Shown: positions 48,646 through 58,468, counted from the first letter of the stretch. The stretch: DNA of 60,930 bases from Acidimicrobiia bacterium (GCA_029210695.1 JARGFH010000003.1:62001-122930); one strand, 5' to 3'. Numbers and translations: made by a program. Notes: generated by a model from the letters alone, not told the origin.

Positions 48646-49872
48646 ATGGAGCGCTTCTCGTGGTCGGCGATCGTTGCCATCGCACTGATCGTGATGGTGG
48701 CGTTCGGCGCCATGTTCTACGGCTTCTCGGTATTCCTGACCGCAGATGCTGCAGGCGCCGACTTCAGCACGACGATTCTCTCCCTCGGATACGGAGGTGC
48801 AGCACTCGTTGGGGGACTCCTGGCCTTCCCAATCGGGAGATTCGCCGACCGGCGCGGGGTTCGCCTCGTCTTCGGTGTGGGGTCCGTCGTCGGCTTCCTC
48901 GGATTGCTGGCGTTCTCGTTTGCTCAGGAGCCGTGGCACGTACTGGCCGCCTGGTGGCTGCTGATCGGTCCGGCCGGCGCGATGACCTACTACGAACCGG
49001 CCTTCGTCGCCGTTGACCAGTGGTTCTCGGCCCGACATCGCGCCCGTGCACTTGCCACGTTGACCGTCATCGGGGGAGTGTCCGGCATGATCTTCATACC
49101 TCTCACAGAACGCTTCGTCACCTGGTTCGGCTGGCGAGGCGCCGCCTTCGCCCTCGGCGGCATTCTGCTCATCGTCGGTGGTGTTGCTTCCTTGGTATTT
49201 CTTCCGTCAGGCGCCGGGCGGGTCGGGCAGGCTCCATCGGCTCCCTTTTCGGTGCGCCGCCTTCTCTCCGATCGTCGGTTCGTGATGTACACGATCGGAA
49301 TGCTGCTCAGCTTCGGCACCATGCAGGCGATCATCACCCACCGGGTCGCCCGCTTCGAAGAAGCCGGTTTCGCCGTCGCCTCGGTGGCGATGTGGGCGGC
49401 GGTTGCTTCAGCGTTGAGCCTTCCCGGCCGATATGCCTCGCCGTATGTGGCGGGCAGACGGCGGCCCACCTCCGTTCATGCCTCGGGAATGGCTGCCCTC
49501 GCACTTGCACTTGCTCTGGCGGTGTTCGTTGGAGCCGGGTGGCAGATGGGCGCGCATTTCCTCCTGTTCGGCGTCTCGTTCGGTGTGATGCTTCCGCTCA
49601 GAGCGATGGTCATGTCCTCGTGGTATTCCGGATCGGCGTACGGTCGGATCCTGGGAGTGCAGTGGTCGGTAGCCGCAGTGTTCGGTGCGGTCTTTCCGGC
49701 CGGTGTTGGGATCCTGCGCGACGTCACGGGTAGCTACCAACTCCCGATGGCCGGTCTGACAATCACGATGGCTCTTGCCGCGCTCGTGACCTGGATGGCA
49801 GGACGAAGTGCGTCCGAGGTCAGGAGCGCTCGGCGGGCCGCGGCAAATCGATCAGCCGGTGGTCGGCCGTGA
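48646..49872 (+). CDS. MFS transporter
   Basis: About 12 TM helices; GRFADRRGVR motif A. Confidence 0.9.
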   Translation: MERFSWSAIVAIALIVMVAFGAMFYGFSVFLTADAAGADFSTTILSLGYGGAALVGGLLAFPIGRFADRRGVRLVFGVGSVVGFLGLLAFSFAQEPWHVLAAWWLLIGPAGAMTYYEPAFVAVDQWFSARHRARALATLTVIGGVSGMIFIPLTERFVTWFGWRGAAFALGGILLIVGGVASLVFLPSGAGRVGQAPSAPFSVRRLLSDRRFVMYTIGMLLSFGTMQAIITHRVARFEEAGFAVASVAMWAAVASALSLPGRYASPYVAGRRRPTSVHASGMAALALALALAVFVGAGWQMGAHFLLFGVSFGVMLPLRAMVMSSWYSGSAYGRILGVQWSVAAVFGAVFPAGVGILRDVTGSYQLPMAGLTITMALAALVTWMAGRSASEVRSARRAAANRSAGGRP

Positions 49873-50605
49873 AGAGCCGCCTGCCAACTCCAAGGGTCAT
49901 CACGGTGGCTGTGGTCGCCACCGATCCCAGGATGAGATACATGATGGCGGCTTGAACCCGCACCGCCTCGATCGGGTCGACCCCCGCCAGGATCAACCCG
50001 GTCATTGCGCCTGGCAGGAAGACCAAACCCACGGCCCTGGTCGTTTCGATTTGTGGTGTGAGCGCGGTGCGAAGGGCGGAACGGAGATGGCGGCGACTCG
50101 CCTGGGAGGACGACTGGCCGAGCGCCAGACGAGCCTCGACCTCAGCGCGGTGGTCCCGGAACTCGTCGATCACCCGGCGAGCCGCCAGAACGGTGGCGTT
50201 CATGGAGTTACCGATCATCATGCCGGCGAGCGGGACCAGGGTGCGCCCCTCGAGTGGGAACACCCCGAGTCCGAATATGACCACCAGGGTCACTCCGGCC
50301 GCGGCTCCGATAGCCAGCAATCCGAGCGGAAGGAGCGCCGGTATTTCAGGTGCCCGGCGGCGTACGACAACACCGGCGAACGCCACCATCGCGATGACCC
50401 AACCCCACGAAAGGATCAGCGGCTGCTCCGGATCGATGACGAAGGCCAGGATGGCGCCGACGAACAACAACTGGACGAGGGAGCGAACCGTTGCCCAGAT
50501 GATGTCTCGTTCGAGCCCGAGACGCTGGCTCGCAGACATAGCGATCGCTACGACGACCAGGAGCAGAGAGGCGATCAGGCCGACGGTTGTGACGTCTGCG
50601 GTCAT
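49820..50605 (-). CDS. UPF0014/FetB-like ABC permease
   Basis: R..VQL..VG, P..GM.IGNSM, GLV.LPG.MTG.ILAG.DP..A...Q. Confidence 0.88.
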   Translation of the reverse strand: MTADVTTVGLIASLLLVVVAIAMSASQRLGLERDIIWATVRSLVQLLFVGAILAFVIDPEQPLILSWGWVIAMVAFAGVVVRRRAPEIPALLPLGLLAIGAAAGVTLVVIFGLGVFPLEGRTLVPLAGMMIGNSMNATVLAARRVIDEFRDHRAEVEARLALGQSSSQASRRHLRSALRTALTPQIETTRAVGLVFLPGAMTGLILAGVDPIEAVRVQAAIMYLILGSVATTATVMTLGVGRRLFTADHRLIDLPRPAERS

Positions 50606-51303
50606 GATTGCTGCTCTGCAAGGTAGGCGGCGATACTCGGATCGGCGGATGCCATCAATCCGGCCGCGGTCCCCTCATAGGCGACCCGTCCATTGACCAG
50701 GCAGACAACGTGAGAAGCGATCCGGTTCATTTGTGCCGTATCGTGGGTGACCCAGAGGATGGGCATGCCGGCCGCGGCCAAAGCCATCGCCTGATCTTCG
50801 ATTGTGCGGGTTGCTGCGGGATCCAACGACGACGTCGGCTCATCCATCAGCAGCGCCTCCGGACCGGTCGCCAGTGCACGTGCGATGCACATACGCTGGG
50901 CTTCCCCGCCGGAGAGCTCATCGGCGGTCCTGTTGACGAAGGATGGGTCGAGGCCGACTCGTTCCAGCAACCGCGCGGCTGCCGACGCGTCGAGATCAGG
51001 GTCGGCTTCTCGCAGATTGTCGAAGACGGTGCCCGCGAACCGGACCGGCTCTTGAAACACCATGCCGACCGCCCGACGCAGTTCCAGTACCTGTAGGTCG
51101 GTGAGCGATCGACCGTGGAAGCGGATCACCCCTCGGTCGGGGACCTCGAGGCGATTGCACAGTCGTAGCAGCGTGGACTTGCCGGCTCCCGAAGGGCCGA
51201 CGATCGCCGTCATACCGCCTGAGGAGAGTCGCAGATCGGCGACCGATAGCCGCCTGGTCCCGTTGGCGCCGCTCATCACCACGTTGTCGAACTCGAACAC
51301 CAT
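50602..51303 (-). CDS. ABC ATP-binding protein (FetA-like)
   Basis: GPSGAGKST, LSGGEAQR, MDEPTSSLD, VTHD. Confidence 0.9.
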   Translation of the reverse strand: MVFEFDNVVMSGANGTRRLSVADLRLSSGGMTAIVGPSGAGKSTLLRLCNRLEVPDRGVIRFHGRSLTDLQVLELRRAVGMVFQEPVRFAGTVFDNLREADPDLDASAAARLLERVGLDPSFVNRTADELSGGEAQRMCIARALATGPEALLMDEPTSSLDPAATRTIEDQAMALAAAGMPILWVTHDTAQMNRIASHVVCLVNGRVAYEGTAAGLMASADPSIAAYLAEQQS

Positions 51304-51387
51304 CCCCGCAACGATAGGAGCGCCGGCGCGACCGGGGATTCATCGGGGCGGGAACAATCCGGGAATCGTGAGCGTTATGTCAGGCTC

Positions 51388-51681
51388 ATGGAAGGATTGC
51401 GCATGTTCGAAAACGACACGCTGGTGGAAATCGGCCGGGAATGGCGTGAGCTGGCTGCGTGTGCAGGCCGTGAAGACGATCTCTTTTTCCCCGTCAACGA
51501 AGCTGAGAAGTCGTTCGTCAATGCGGCCAAGGCGGTCTGCGCGGGATGTCCCGTGAAGGCCGACTGCCTCGCCTACGCGATTGAGACCGGCCAGACGGAA
51601 GGCATCTGGGGTGGCCTGACTTCGATGGAGCGGCGGATGGAGCGGCGCCGGTGGGTGGCGGCGCGGCGCAGAGCGAGCTGA
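51388..51681 (+). CDS. WhiB-family Fe-S transcriptional regulator
   Basis: W...AAC...DLFFP...AK.VC..CPV...CL..A......GIWGG; four Cys. Confidence 0.93.
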   Translation: MEGLRMFENDTLVEIGREWRELAACAGREDDLFFPVNEAEKSFVNAAKAVCAGCPVKADCLAYAIETGQTEGIWGGLTSMERRMERRRWVAARRRAS

Positions 51682-51742
51682 GCCTCCCCGGGGCGGCGAG
51701 CCCGGCCTCACTCTTTGTTTCGAAGGACCGCTGGTTTCTTCT

Positions 51743-51778
51743 TCGATGTTTAGTTACTATGTAGTAACTAAACATCGA
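51743..51778. promoter_or_regulatory. 36-bp perfect palindrome (putative TetR operator)
   Basis: TCGATGTTTAGTTACTA-TG-TAGTAACTAAACATCGA, 17-bp arms, ending at the SD of the acyl-CoA dehydrogenase. Confidence 0.7.
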
Positions 51779-51787
51779 GGAGCAGCG

Positions 51788-53002
51788 ATGACAGATTTCT
51801 CTCTCGAACTCAATGAAGACCAGCTGCAACTGCAGAAATGGGTGCACGATTTCGCAGAAGGGGTCGTTCGCCCTGCAGCCGAGGAGTGGGACGAGCGTGA
51901 AGAGACGCCCTGGCCCATCATCCAGGAGGCCGCCAAGATCGGGCTGTACTCGTTTGAGTTCTTCCTCAACGCCTTCGCTGATCCAACCGGGCTTATGATG
52001 CCCCTGGTTTCTGAGGAGCTGTTCTGGGGCGATGCGGGGATTGGCCTGGCGATATTCGGCAGCACCCTGGCCGTCGCCGGAATCACCGCCGTCGGCAGTC
52101 CCGATCAAGTCGCCGAATGGGTTCCGCAGTGCTTTGGCACTCCCGACGATCCGAAACTTGCCGCCTACGCGGTGAGCGAACCCGATGCCGGATCGGACGT
52201 GTCGGCGCTCCGGACCCGGGCCGTATTCGATGAAGCTGCCGATGAGTGGGTGTTGAACGGAACCAAGACATGGATCACCAACGGCGGTATTGCCGATGTC
52301 CACGTTGTGGTGGCCTCGGTTGATCCGGAGCTGCGCTCCAGGGGACAGGCAACCTTCGTTATTCCGCCGGACACTCCGGGTTTGTCGCAGGGTTCGAAGT
52401 TCAAGAAGCACGGAATTCGCGCTTCGCACACGGCGGAAGTCGTCCTGGACGACGTTCGCATTCCGGAGCGGATGGTGCTCGGTGGAAAAGAGAAGCTCGA
52501 CGCCCGACTCGCCAGAGCGCGAGAAGGCAAGAGCTCCAGAAAGCACGGGGCCATGTCGACGTTCGAGTCGTCGCGCCCGGTTGTCGGAGCCCAGGCGCTC
52601 GGTGTAGCGAGGGCCGCATACGAATACGCCCTGGCCTACGCCAAGGAACGCGTCCAGTTCGGCCGTCCGATCATCATGAACCAGGCAATCGCGTTCAAGC
52701 TCGCCGACATGAGAACAGAAATCGATGCGGCCCGTTTGCTGGTCTGGAGAGCGGCCTGGATGGCGCGCAACGGCAAGCCCTTTGAGGCCGGTGAAGGTTC
52801 GATGTCGAAGCTCAAGGCAGGGGAAGTGGCGGTTCGAACCACTGAGGAGGCGATCCAGATTCTCGGTGGTGCCGGCTATGTGCGGGAGCATCCGGTTGAG
52901 CGCTGGGCGCGTGACGCCAAGATATTCACGATCTTCGAAGGGACGAGCGAGATCCAGCGGCTGGTGGTGGCTCGTGCGATTTCGGGGATGCGGATCGTGT
53001 GA
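51788..53002 (+). CDS. Acyl-CoA dehydrogenase
   Basis: SEPDAGSD, LNGTKTWITNG, K.GIRAS.T, YAKER.QFG, QILGGAGY, RDAKI..IFEGTSEIQR. Confidence 0.95.
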   Translation: MTDFSLELNEDQLQLQKWVHDFAEGVVRPAAEEWDEREETPWPIIQEAAKIGLYSFEFFLNAFADPTGLMMPLVSEELFWGDAGIGLAIFGSTLAVAGITAVGSPDQVAEWVPQCFGTPDDPKLAAYAVSEPDAGSDVSALRTRAVFDEAADEWVLNGTKTWITNGGIADVHVVVASVDPELRSRGQATFVIPPDTPGLSQGSKFKKHGIRASHTAEVVLDDVRIPERMVLGGKEKLDARLARAREGKSSRKHGAMSTFESSRPVVGAQALGVARAAYEYALAYAKERVQFGRPIIMNQAIAFKLADMRTEIDAARLLVWRAAWMARNGKPFEAGEGSMSKLKAGEVAVRTTEEAIQILGGAGYVREHPVERWARDAKIFTIFEGTSEIQRLVVARAISGMRIV

Positions 53003-53049
53003 GCCCGGCGGGGTTTCATCTGCGGCTGAGAGCCCGATTCAGACGGGTG

Positions 53050-53634
53050 TCAATGCCTCGAGATTCCCCGGAGGCCCGACCAGGCCAGTTCCGCGATCTC
53101 CACTGCGAGTAAATCCAGGTCGGTTCTGAGCTTCCCGGTAGCCCATGCACGGCCGGCCGCCTCTGCGGCTCCGACGATTCCGTACGCAAGCGCACGTTGC
53201 TGATCTGCGTCGATGCCCGCCGCAATCAGGGGAGCGACCAACTCGGCCATGCTGTCTTCGATGCGGCTCATGGCATCCGCCACATCCTGGTCGGTGCGAT
53301 CTGCCCCTTCGAACAGGAGGAGAAAGGCGGCCCGATTATCGGCGATGAAGTGGAAGTAGGTGCCGATTCCCACCTCAACTTGCCGGCGTGGAGAATCGGC
53401 TCGCGAGGTGCTGTCCGTAATCGCCCTGGCCATCCGATCGCCGACATCGTCGACGAGGTGGAGGTAGAGGGCGCGTTTTGAGCTGAAATGCTGGTAAAGG
53501 ACCGGCTTGGTCACGCCGGCAGTGGCGGCGATGTCGTCCATTGTCGTGGCGTGATAACCGGCGCCGGAGAAGACCTGCAGAGCAACGTCCAGCAGCTGCT
53601 GTCGCCGTTCCTGGGCCGGGAGACGGGTGGTCAT
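53050..53634 (-). CDS. TetR/AcrR-family regulator
   Basis: RR.QLL..A..VF...GYH.TTMDDIA..AGVTKPVLYQHF.SK. Confidence 0.93.
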   Translation of the reverse strand: MTTRLPAQERRQQLLDVALQVFSGAGYHATTMDDIAATAGVTKPVLYQHFSSKRALYLHLVDDVGDRMARAITDSTSRADSPRRQVEVGIGTYFHFIADNRAAFLLLFEGADRTDQDVADAMSRIEDSMAELVAPLIAAGIDADQQRALAYGIVGAAEAAGRAWATGKLRTDLDLLAVEIAELAWSGLRGISRH

Positions 53635-53642
53635 CTGTACAC

Positions 53643-53658
53643 GTTACCAACTGGTAGG
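53643..53658. promoter_or_regulatory. Putative TetR autoregulatory operator overlapping the -10
   Basis: GTTACCAACTGGTAGG resembles the GTTACTATGTAGTAAC core at 51753-51768 and overlaps TAACGT 6 nt before the TetR ATG. Confidence 0.5.
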
Positions 53659-53726
53659 CCGCCTGGGGGCTGGACGACCGTGCCCGGGTTGGCGTGACTT
53701 TTGGCCCTTGCGGCAGCTGCGAGCCG

Positions 53727-54200
53727 ATGGTTTGGTTCGATCAGACCGTGTTCATCTACTACTACGTGCAACTCGAACGGCCGCTCGAAGTCATCGAGCC
53801 TCGATTTCGATCGTTCTTCTCACGCTTCAGCTCATGGGCGGAGTCTGCCTATCGGGAGGGCGAAGAGCTGAGGGCCAACATATCGGTCGGGAGCGGACCG
53901 GCCACTGTGGCGAAGACCGTTCGGATGCGCGTCGGCGACCCGGTGGCGGGTCGAGCAGAGACGACGGTTCCGATTGTCTGGGAGGCAACCGGGCCTACGG
54001 CGCTCTTTCCGAGAATGGAAGGCAATCTGATCATGGCCGGGGTCGGACCCGAGTACACCCAGCTCGCCTTTCGTGGAACATACGCCCCACCGATGGGAGC
54101 GCTTGGCCGAGCACTCGACAAGGTCGTCATGCATCGCCTCGCTGAGAGCAGCGTCAAGGGATTCGTCGACAGGATCAGCGAAGCCTTGGAGAGAGAGTAG
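53727..54200 (+). CDS. Conserved hypothetical protein (start uncertain)
   Basis: Coding-like composition; W.ATG...LFP.MEG.L and G.Y.PP.G.LG..LD....R.AE pattern; divergent from TetR. Confidence 0.7.
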   Translation: MVWFDQTVFIYYYVQLERPLEVIEPRFRSFFSRFSSWAESAYREGEELRANISVGSGPATVAKTVRMRVGDPVAGRAETTVPIVWEATGPTALFPRMEGNLIMAGVGPEYTQLAFRGTYAPPMGALGRALDKVVMHRLAESSVKGFVDRISEALERE

Positions 54201-54251
54201 GCAGGCAATCGGCGCCCGACACCGGGCGAGAGCTGTCGGACGATCGAGAAC

Positions 54252-54917
54252 CTAGGAATCGGAAGCTTCTTGATCCGATTCCCTGAGCGCCTCCAATCGG
54301 GCGGCGTAGGCGGCCGCCTCAGCCCGATTGTTCATCTGCAGCTTGCGCAGGAGATTCGAAACGTAGTTCTTGACGGTCTTCTGGGCCAGATACATCTCTG
54401 CTGCGATTTCCCTGTTGGTCTTGCCGTCGGCGATCCGGGAGAGGATCTTGCGTTCCTGGGGAGACAACTCCGCCAGAAGGGGATCCGATTCCCGCCCGGC
54501 GTGCGCTCTCGAGAAGATGCGGTCGCTGAGTTCGGAATCGAGAAGTGACTCACCGGCGGCTGCCTTGCGCACGGCCGCCAGCAGATCCGAGGATCGCGTT
54601 CGTTTGAGAACGAAACCGAGGGCACCGGCGCCGACGGAGTCAACGAAGGCCTGCTCGTCGGCGAAGGCGGTGAGCATGACGACCTGGATATCGCTCCACT
54701 TGGCTCGGATCCGGCGGCAGGCGTCCACCCCGGATCCATCGGGGAGATTGACGTCGAGGACCACGAGATCGGGTCGGACCTCACCGGCCATCTCGACGGC
54801 CCCGGCCGCAGTTTCCGCCTCGGCGACGACTTCGATATCCGGTTCGGCCTCGAGGAGGGCGCGCAGGCCGCCGCGCACCAGCGCGTGGTCGTCGGCAAGA
54901 AGTACCCGGATCGTCAT
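54252..54917 (-). CDS. NarL/DevR-family response regulator (orphan)
   Basis: LADDH, VLDV.LPDGSG, LS..E..IL..IA.G.TNREIA..M.LA.KTVKNYVS.LL.KL. Confidence 0.92.
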   Translation of the reverse strand: MTIRVLLADDHALVRGGLRALLEAEPDIEVVAEAETAAGAVEMAGEVRPDLVVLDVNLPDGSGVDACRRIRAKWSDIQVVMLTAFADEQAFVDSVGAGALGFVLKRTRSSDLLAAVRKAAAGESLLDSELSDRIFSRAHAGRESDPLLAELSPQERKILSRIADGKTNREIAAEMYLAQKTVKNYVSNLLRKLQMNNRAEAAAYAARLEALRESDQEASDS

Positions 54918-54963
54918 CCGCGGCAGGTTAACGCATCACGGGCCGAAAGCGGGATCCCCAGGT

Positions 54964-55020
54964 GCCAATTGCCAATTGCCAATCGCCTATGGCCTACTGC
55001 CTACTGCCTACTTGCCAACT
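54964..55020. repeat. Heptamer short tandem repeat
   Basis: GCCAATT GCCAATT GCCAATC GCCTATG GCCTACT GCCTACT GCCTACT..., overlapping the tnaA stop. Confidence 0.8.
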
Positions 55021-56390
55021 GGCTCAAACCGCGCCGTGAAGTGGCGGAGCCACGGTGCCTGCTCAACGATCCGGTAACCGCCGATCGAACCGGCCCGCTC
55101 GGCAACGGACAACACGACTTCGCCGACGTAGTCGATGTGGCTCTGCGTGTAGGTGCGGCGGGGTATCGCCAGTCGCACTAGCTCCATCTGAGCCGGCGTC
55201 TCGGTTCCGTCGTCGTGCACCGCCCCGAACATCACCGATCCGATCTCGACTCCCCGAACGCCACCATCGCGGTACAACTCGACTGCCAGAGCTTGGGCGG
55301 GATACTCCGACGGAGGAATATGCGGAAGGAAGGCCTTGGCATCGAGGTACACCGCATGTCCACCGGCCGGACGCACGATCGGAACGCCGGCGGCCGCCAC
55401 CTTGTCTGCGAGGTACTCGGTCGATCGGATCCGGTAGCGAAGGTACCGCTCGTCGAGTACCTCTTCGAGGCCTTGCGAGATTGCCTCGAGATCGTATCCG
55501 GCCAGTCCTCCGTAGGTTGGGAACCCCTCCGTGAGGATGAGCAGATTGCGGCAGGCGATTGCCATCGAGGGATCGTTCATCGCCAGGAACCCGCCGATGT
55601 TGGCCAGCCCATCCTTCTTGGCGGACATCGTGCACCCGTCGACGAGCGAGAACATCTCGGCCACGATTTCCCGGGGAGTGTGATCTTCGTATCCGGGCTC
55701 GCGCAGCTTGATGAACCAGGCGTTCTCGGCAAACCGGCACGCATCCAGGAAAAAGGGGATGCCGTAGCGATGACATACCTCTTGCACGGAGCGCAAGTTC
55801 TCCATGGAAACGGGTTGCCCGCCTCCGGAGTTATTGGTCACGGTCACCATTACCAGCGGGATGCGATCGGCGCCGACCTCCGCAATCGTGCGCTCGAGGG
55901 CCTCGACGTCCATGTTCCCTTTGAAAGGGTGGTTCGTCGACGGATCGCGACCCTCGGCGATCACGAGGTCGAGCGCTTCCGCCCCCTGGTATTCGACGTT
56001 GGCCCGGGTGGTGTCGAAATGGGTGTTGTTCGGGACAACATCGCCGGATTTGACCATGACTGAAAACAAGATCCGTTCGGCTGCTCGTCCCTGGTGGGTT
56101 GGGATTATTTCCGCGAGTCCGGTGATGCCCTGGACTGTTTCGAGAAAGCGGTAGAAGGACCTGCTGCCGGCGTACGACTCGTCGCCGACCATCATTCCCG
56201 CCCACTGCTTGGCGGACATCGCTCCGGTTCCTGAATCTGTGAGGAGGTCGATGATGACTTCGTCGGCGTGAAGGCCGAACAAGTTGAAACCGGCTCGCCC
56301 CAATGCCTCCTCACGTTCGTCCCTCGTCGGGAGGTTGATTTCCTGGGTGCTGTGTATGCGGAATGGTTCGATGATGGTTCGGTATGGCAT
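55008..56390 (-). CDS. tnaA: Tryptophanase (beta-eliminating lyase; tyrosine phenol-lyase not excluded)
   Basis: EPFRI, IDLLTDSGT, HQGRAAE, N.HFDTTR, FKGNMD, PLP-lysine motif MSAKKD, EGFPTYGGLAG, RLAIPRR.YT, LRHFTA. Confidence 0.85.
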   Translation of the reverse strand: MPYRTIIEPFRIHSTQEINLPTRDEREEALGRAGFNLFGLHADEVIIDLLTDSGTGAMSAKQWAGMMVGDESYAGSRSFYRFLETVQGITGLAEIIPTHQGRAAERILFSVMVKSGDVVPNNTHFDTTRANVEYQGAEALDLVIAEGRDPSTNHPFKGNMDVEALERTIAEVGADRIPLVMVTVTNNSGGGQPVSMENLRSVQEVCHRYGIPFFLDACRFAENAWFIKLREPGYEDHTPREIVAEMFSLVDGCTMSAKKDGLANIGGFLAMNDPSMAIACRNLLILTEGFPTYGGLAGYDLEAISQGLEEVLDERYLRYRIRSTEYLADKVAAAGVPIVRPAGGHAVYLDAKAFLPHIPPSEYPAQALAVELYRDGGVRGVEIGSVMFGAVHDDGTETPAQMELVRLAIPRRTYTQSHIDYVGEVVLSVAERAGSIGGYRIVEQAPWLRHFTARFEPVGK

Positions 56391-56459
56391 GGACCTTCCT
56401 CTCTCCTGCGGAGTCTGCCACGATGAATTGACCACCGCGACGGTATCCTCGGTGGCGAA

Positions 56460-57932
56460 ATGCCTGTGCGAACTCTTCTTCTAGTCGTCTCGCTGGTGGT
56501 TGCGAGCCTGGCCGTTGACGGCGGCGTGGCCGTAGCCCTCGCCGATCTGGGCCCCGGCGGAACGTTCGTCGATGACGACGGGCATCCGGCGGAGTCCTAT
56601 ATCGAGGCGGCCTTCGCGGCTGGATATCTCGACGGATGTGATTCTGCCCATCCCGATCGCTTCTGCCCCTCTAGTCGGGCATCGTGGACCGACGTGGACC
56701 GTGGGATCGTTCGGGCTATGGGAACCGGGCGGTCGAGGCTCTCGTGCGGGAGCTCTTTCTGTTCCGCTGTTTCGATTCCGGTTTCAGCGGTTGCGGCGGC
56801 ACTTGCAGTCCCGCTCCCCGGGCTGGTGAGCATGCGGCGCGGAGAGGCCCCGATCGATCGGGCCACCCTGGCCGTCATGCTCTCCTCGGCAGCTCACCTC
56901 GAGTTGCCTGAGATTCAGGCCAGGAGATCGTTCAGCATCGCCGCCACCGGGGATATTCTTCCCCACACGCCTCTGATGAGCCAGGCCGCCCGCAACGACG
57001 GCGACGGTGGGTTCGACTTCGATCCGATGTTTGCCGACATCAAACCCATCATCTCCGCCGTTGATCTCGGGCTCTGCCATCTCGAGACGCCTCTGTCGTC
57101 GGACAATGCCGCACTCTCGTCGTATCCGGTCTTCTACTCCCCCCGGGAAGTCGCCGAGGCGGTGGTGGTGGCGGGGTATGACGGCTGTTCGACTGCCTCG
57201 AATCATTCATTCGACAAGCGAACGACCGGGGTCTTGAGCACGCTCGGGGTGATAGACGAGGCCGGGCTCGGTCGTGCCGGCACCACCGACCTCGCCGACG
57301 GTCCGTCGTGGTGGATGTACGACGTTGAAGGGGTGACGGTTGCCCACCTTTCGTATACGTACGGGCTAAACGGATTTCGACTGCCCGCCGATCAACCATG
57401 GCTCGTCAACCTGATCGATGAAGAGCAGATCATCGCCGACGCCGCCGAGGTCCGTGAGCTGGGGGCTGAGTTCATCGCCGTCAGCCTCCACTGGGGCAAC
57501 GAGTATCAGCCTTTGCCCAGCAGCTACCAGCGGGGGATCGCAGAGGCTCTGCTTGCCTCACCGGATGTCGACGTGATTATCGGCCATCACGCCCATGTCG
57601 TGCAGGCCGTCGAGAAGATCAACGGGAAGTTCGTGTTGTACGGTCTCGGCAATCTGGTCTCGAACCAGTTCTTCAGCCTGCCAACCCAGGACGGCGTTAT
57701 CGCGGTTCTCGACGTGGTCGAGGGAGTCGACGGGTTCTCAGTCGCAGAGATCGAGTTTGTGCCAACGAAGGTCGAACGGGGTTCGTACCGGATCGTCCCG
57801 ATATCGATCGAGCTGGGCACTGAACTCGGCCAACAGGACCGCATTGCCCTCGAGCAATCCTGGCAGAGGACTCTCGAGGCTCTCTCGGCGCTCGACGAGT
57901 CTATCGCCGGCATGGTGGCGCCGATACCGTGA
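56460..57932 (+). CDS. CapA-family metallophosphoesterase with SLH-like N-terminus
   Basis: Signal peptide; FVDDDG...IEA....G...GC....FCP; TGDIL.H, CHLETP, ASNH..D, LHWG.EY, IGHHAHV, YGLGN. Confidence 0.85.
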   Translation: MPVRTLLLVVSLVVASLAVDGGVAVALADLGPGGTFVDDDGHPAESYIEAAFAAGYLDGCDSAHPDRFCPSSRASWTDVDRGIVRAMGTGRSRLSCGSSFCSAVSIPVSAVAAALAVPLPGLVSMRRGEAPIDRATLAVMLSSAAHLELPEIQARRSFSIAATGDILPHTPLMSQAARNDGDGGFDFDPMFADIKPIISAVDLGLCHLETPLSSDNAALSSYPVFYSPREVAEAVVVAGYDGCSTASNHSFDKRTTGVLSTLGVIDEAGLGRAGTTDLADGPSWWMYDVEGVTVAHLSYTYGLNGFRLPADQPWLVNLIDEEQIIADAAEVRELGAEFIAVSLHWGNEYQPLPSSYQRGIAEALLASPDVDVIIGHHAHVVQAVEKINGKFVLYGLGNLVSNQFFSLPTQDGVIAVLDVVEGVDGFSVAEIEFVPTKVERGSYRIVPISIELGTELGQQDRIALEQSWQRTLEALSALDESIAGMVAPIP

Positions 57933-58012
57933 CAATTGGCCCTTTACCGGGACCGCCTCCGTCTGTCATCGTGGAGGTAGCACTGAGATCGCATCCGCAA
58001 AGGAGGTGCACC

Positions 58013-58468
58013 GTGGGCGACAATGAAGCGCTGAGCGCAGCAGGGAGACATCGAGCTGTTCTGCTTGACGCGGCAGCCGGGCTGGAGTTCGCGATTGCCT
58101 CTCCGGTCGGCAGAGGGGTCGCTTGGCGCGAGCTCGTAGACGGCGAACTGCACCGTCTTCGGGCGGCTCTGGCCGACCACACGAACGCGGTCGAGAGTGA
58201 CGACGGGCTTCTCGCCGATATCGTGCATCAGGCACCTCGCCTCTCGAACCTGGTCAAGCTCTTGCGCAAAGATCACCTGGAGATGGACGCCCGGATCGGC
58301 GACATCATCCACATGGTGGGAGCCGTCCCGGTGGATGAACCCGATGAGGCCGGCGATGAAATCCGCATTGCCACATTGGAGTTGCTCGGCAAGCTGAGCC
58401 GTCACCGCCAGAAGGGAGCCGACCTCGTCTACCGGGCCTTCAACGTCGACATCGGAGGCGTGGATTGA
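58013..58468 (+). CDS. Hypothetical helical protein, hemerythrin/HHE-like
   Basis: SD AAGGAGG plus GTG; H....E...GL and L...H pattern, RH.Q.G.DLVY.A...DIGG.D end. Confidence 0.6.
   Translation: MGDNEALSAAGRHRAVLLDAAAGLEFAIASPVGRGVAWRELVDGELHRLRAALADHTNAVESDDGLLADIVHQAPRLSNLVKLLRKDHLEMDARIGDIIHMVGAVPVDEPDEAGDEIRIATLELLGKLSRHRQKGADLVYRAFNVDIGGVD

Noticed and set aside
56391..56459. tnaC leader peptide upstream of tryptophanase
   Set aside because: The intergenic gap is short and no convincing TnaC-like W..D....P ORF is seen.
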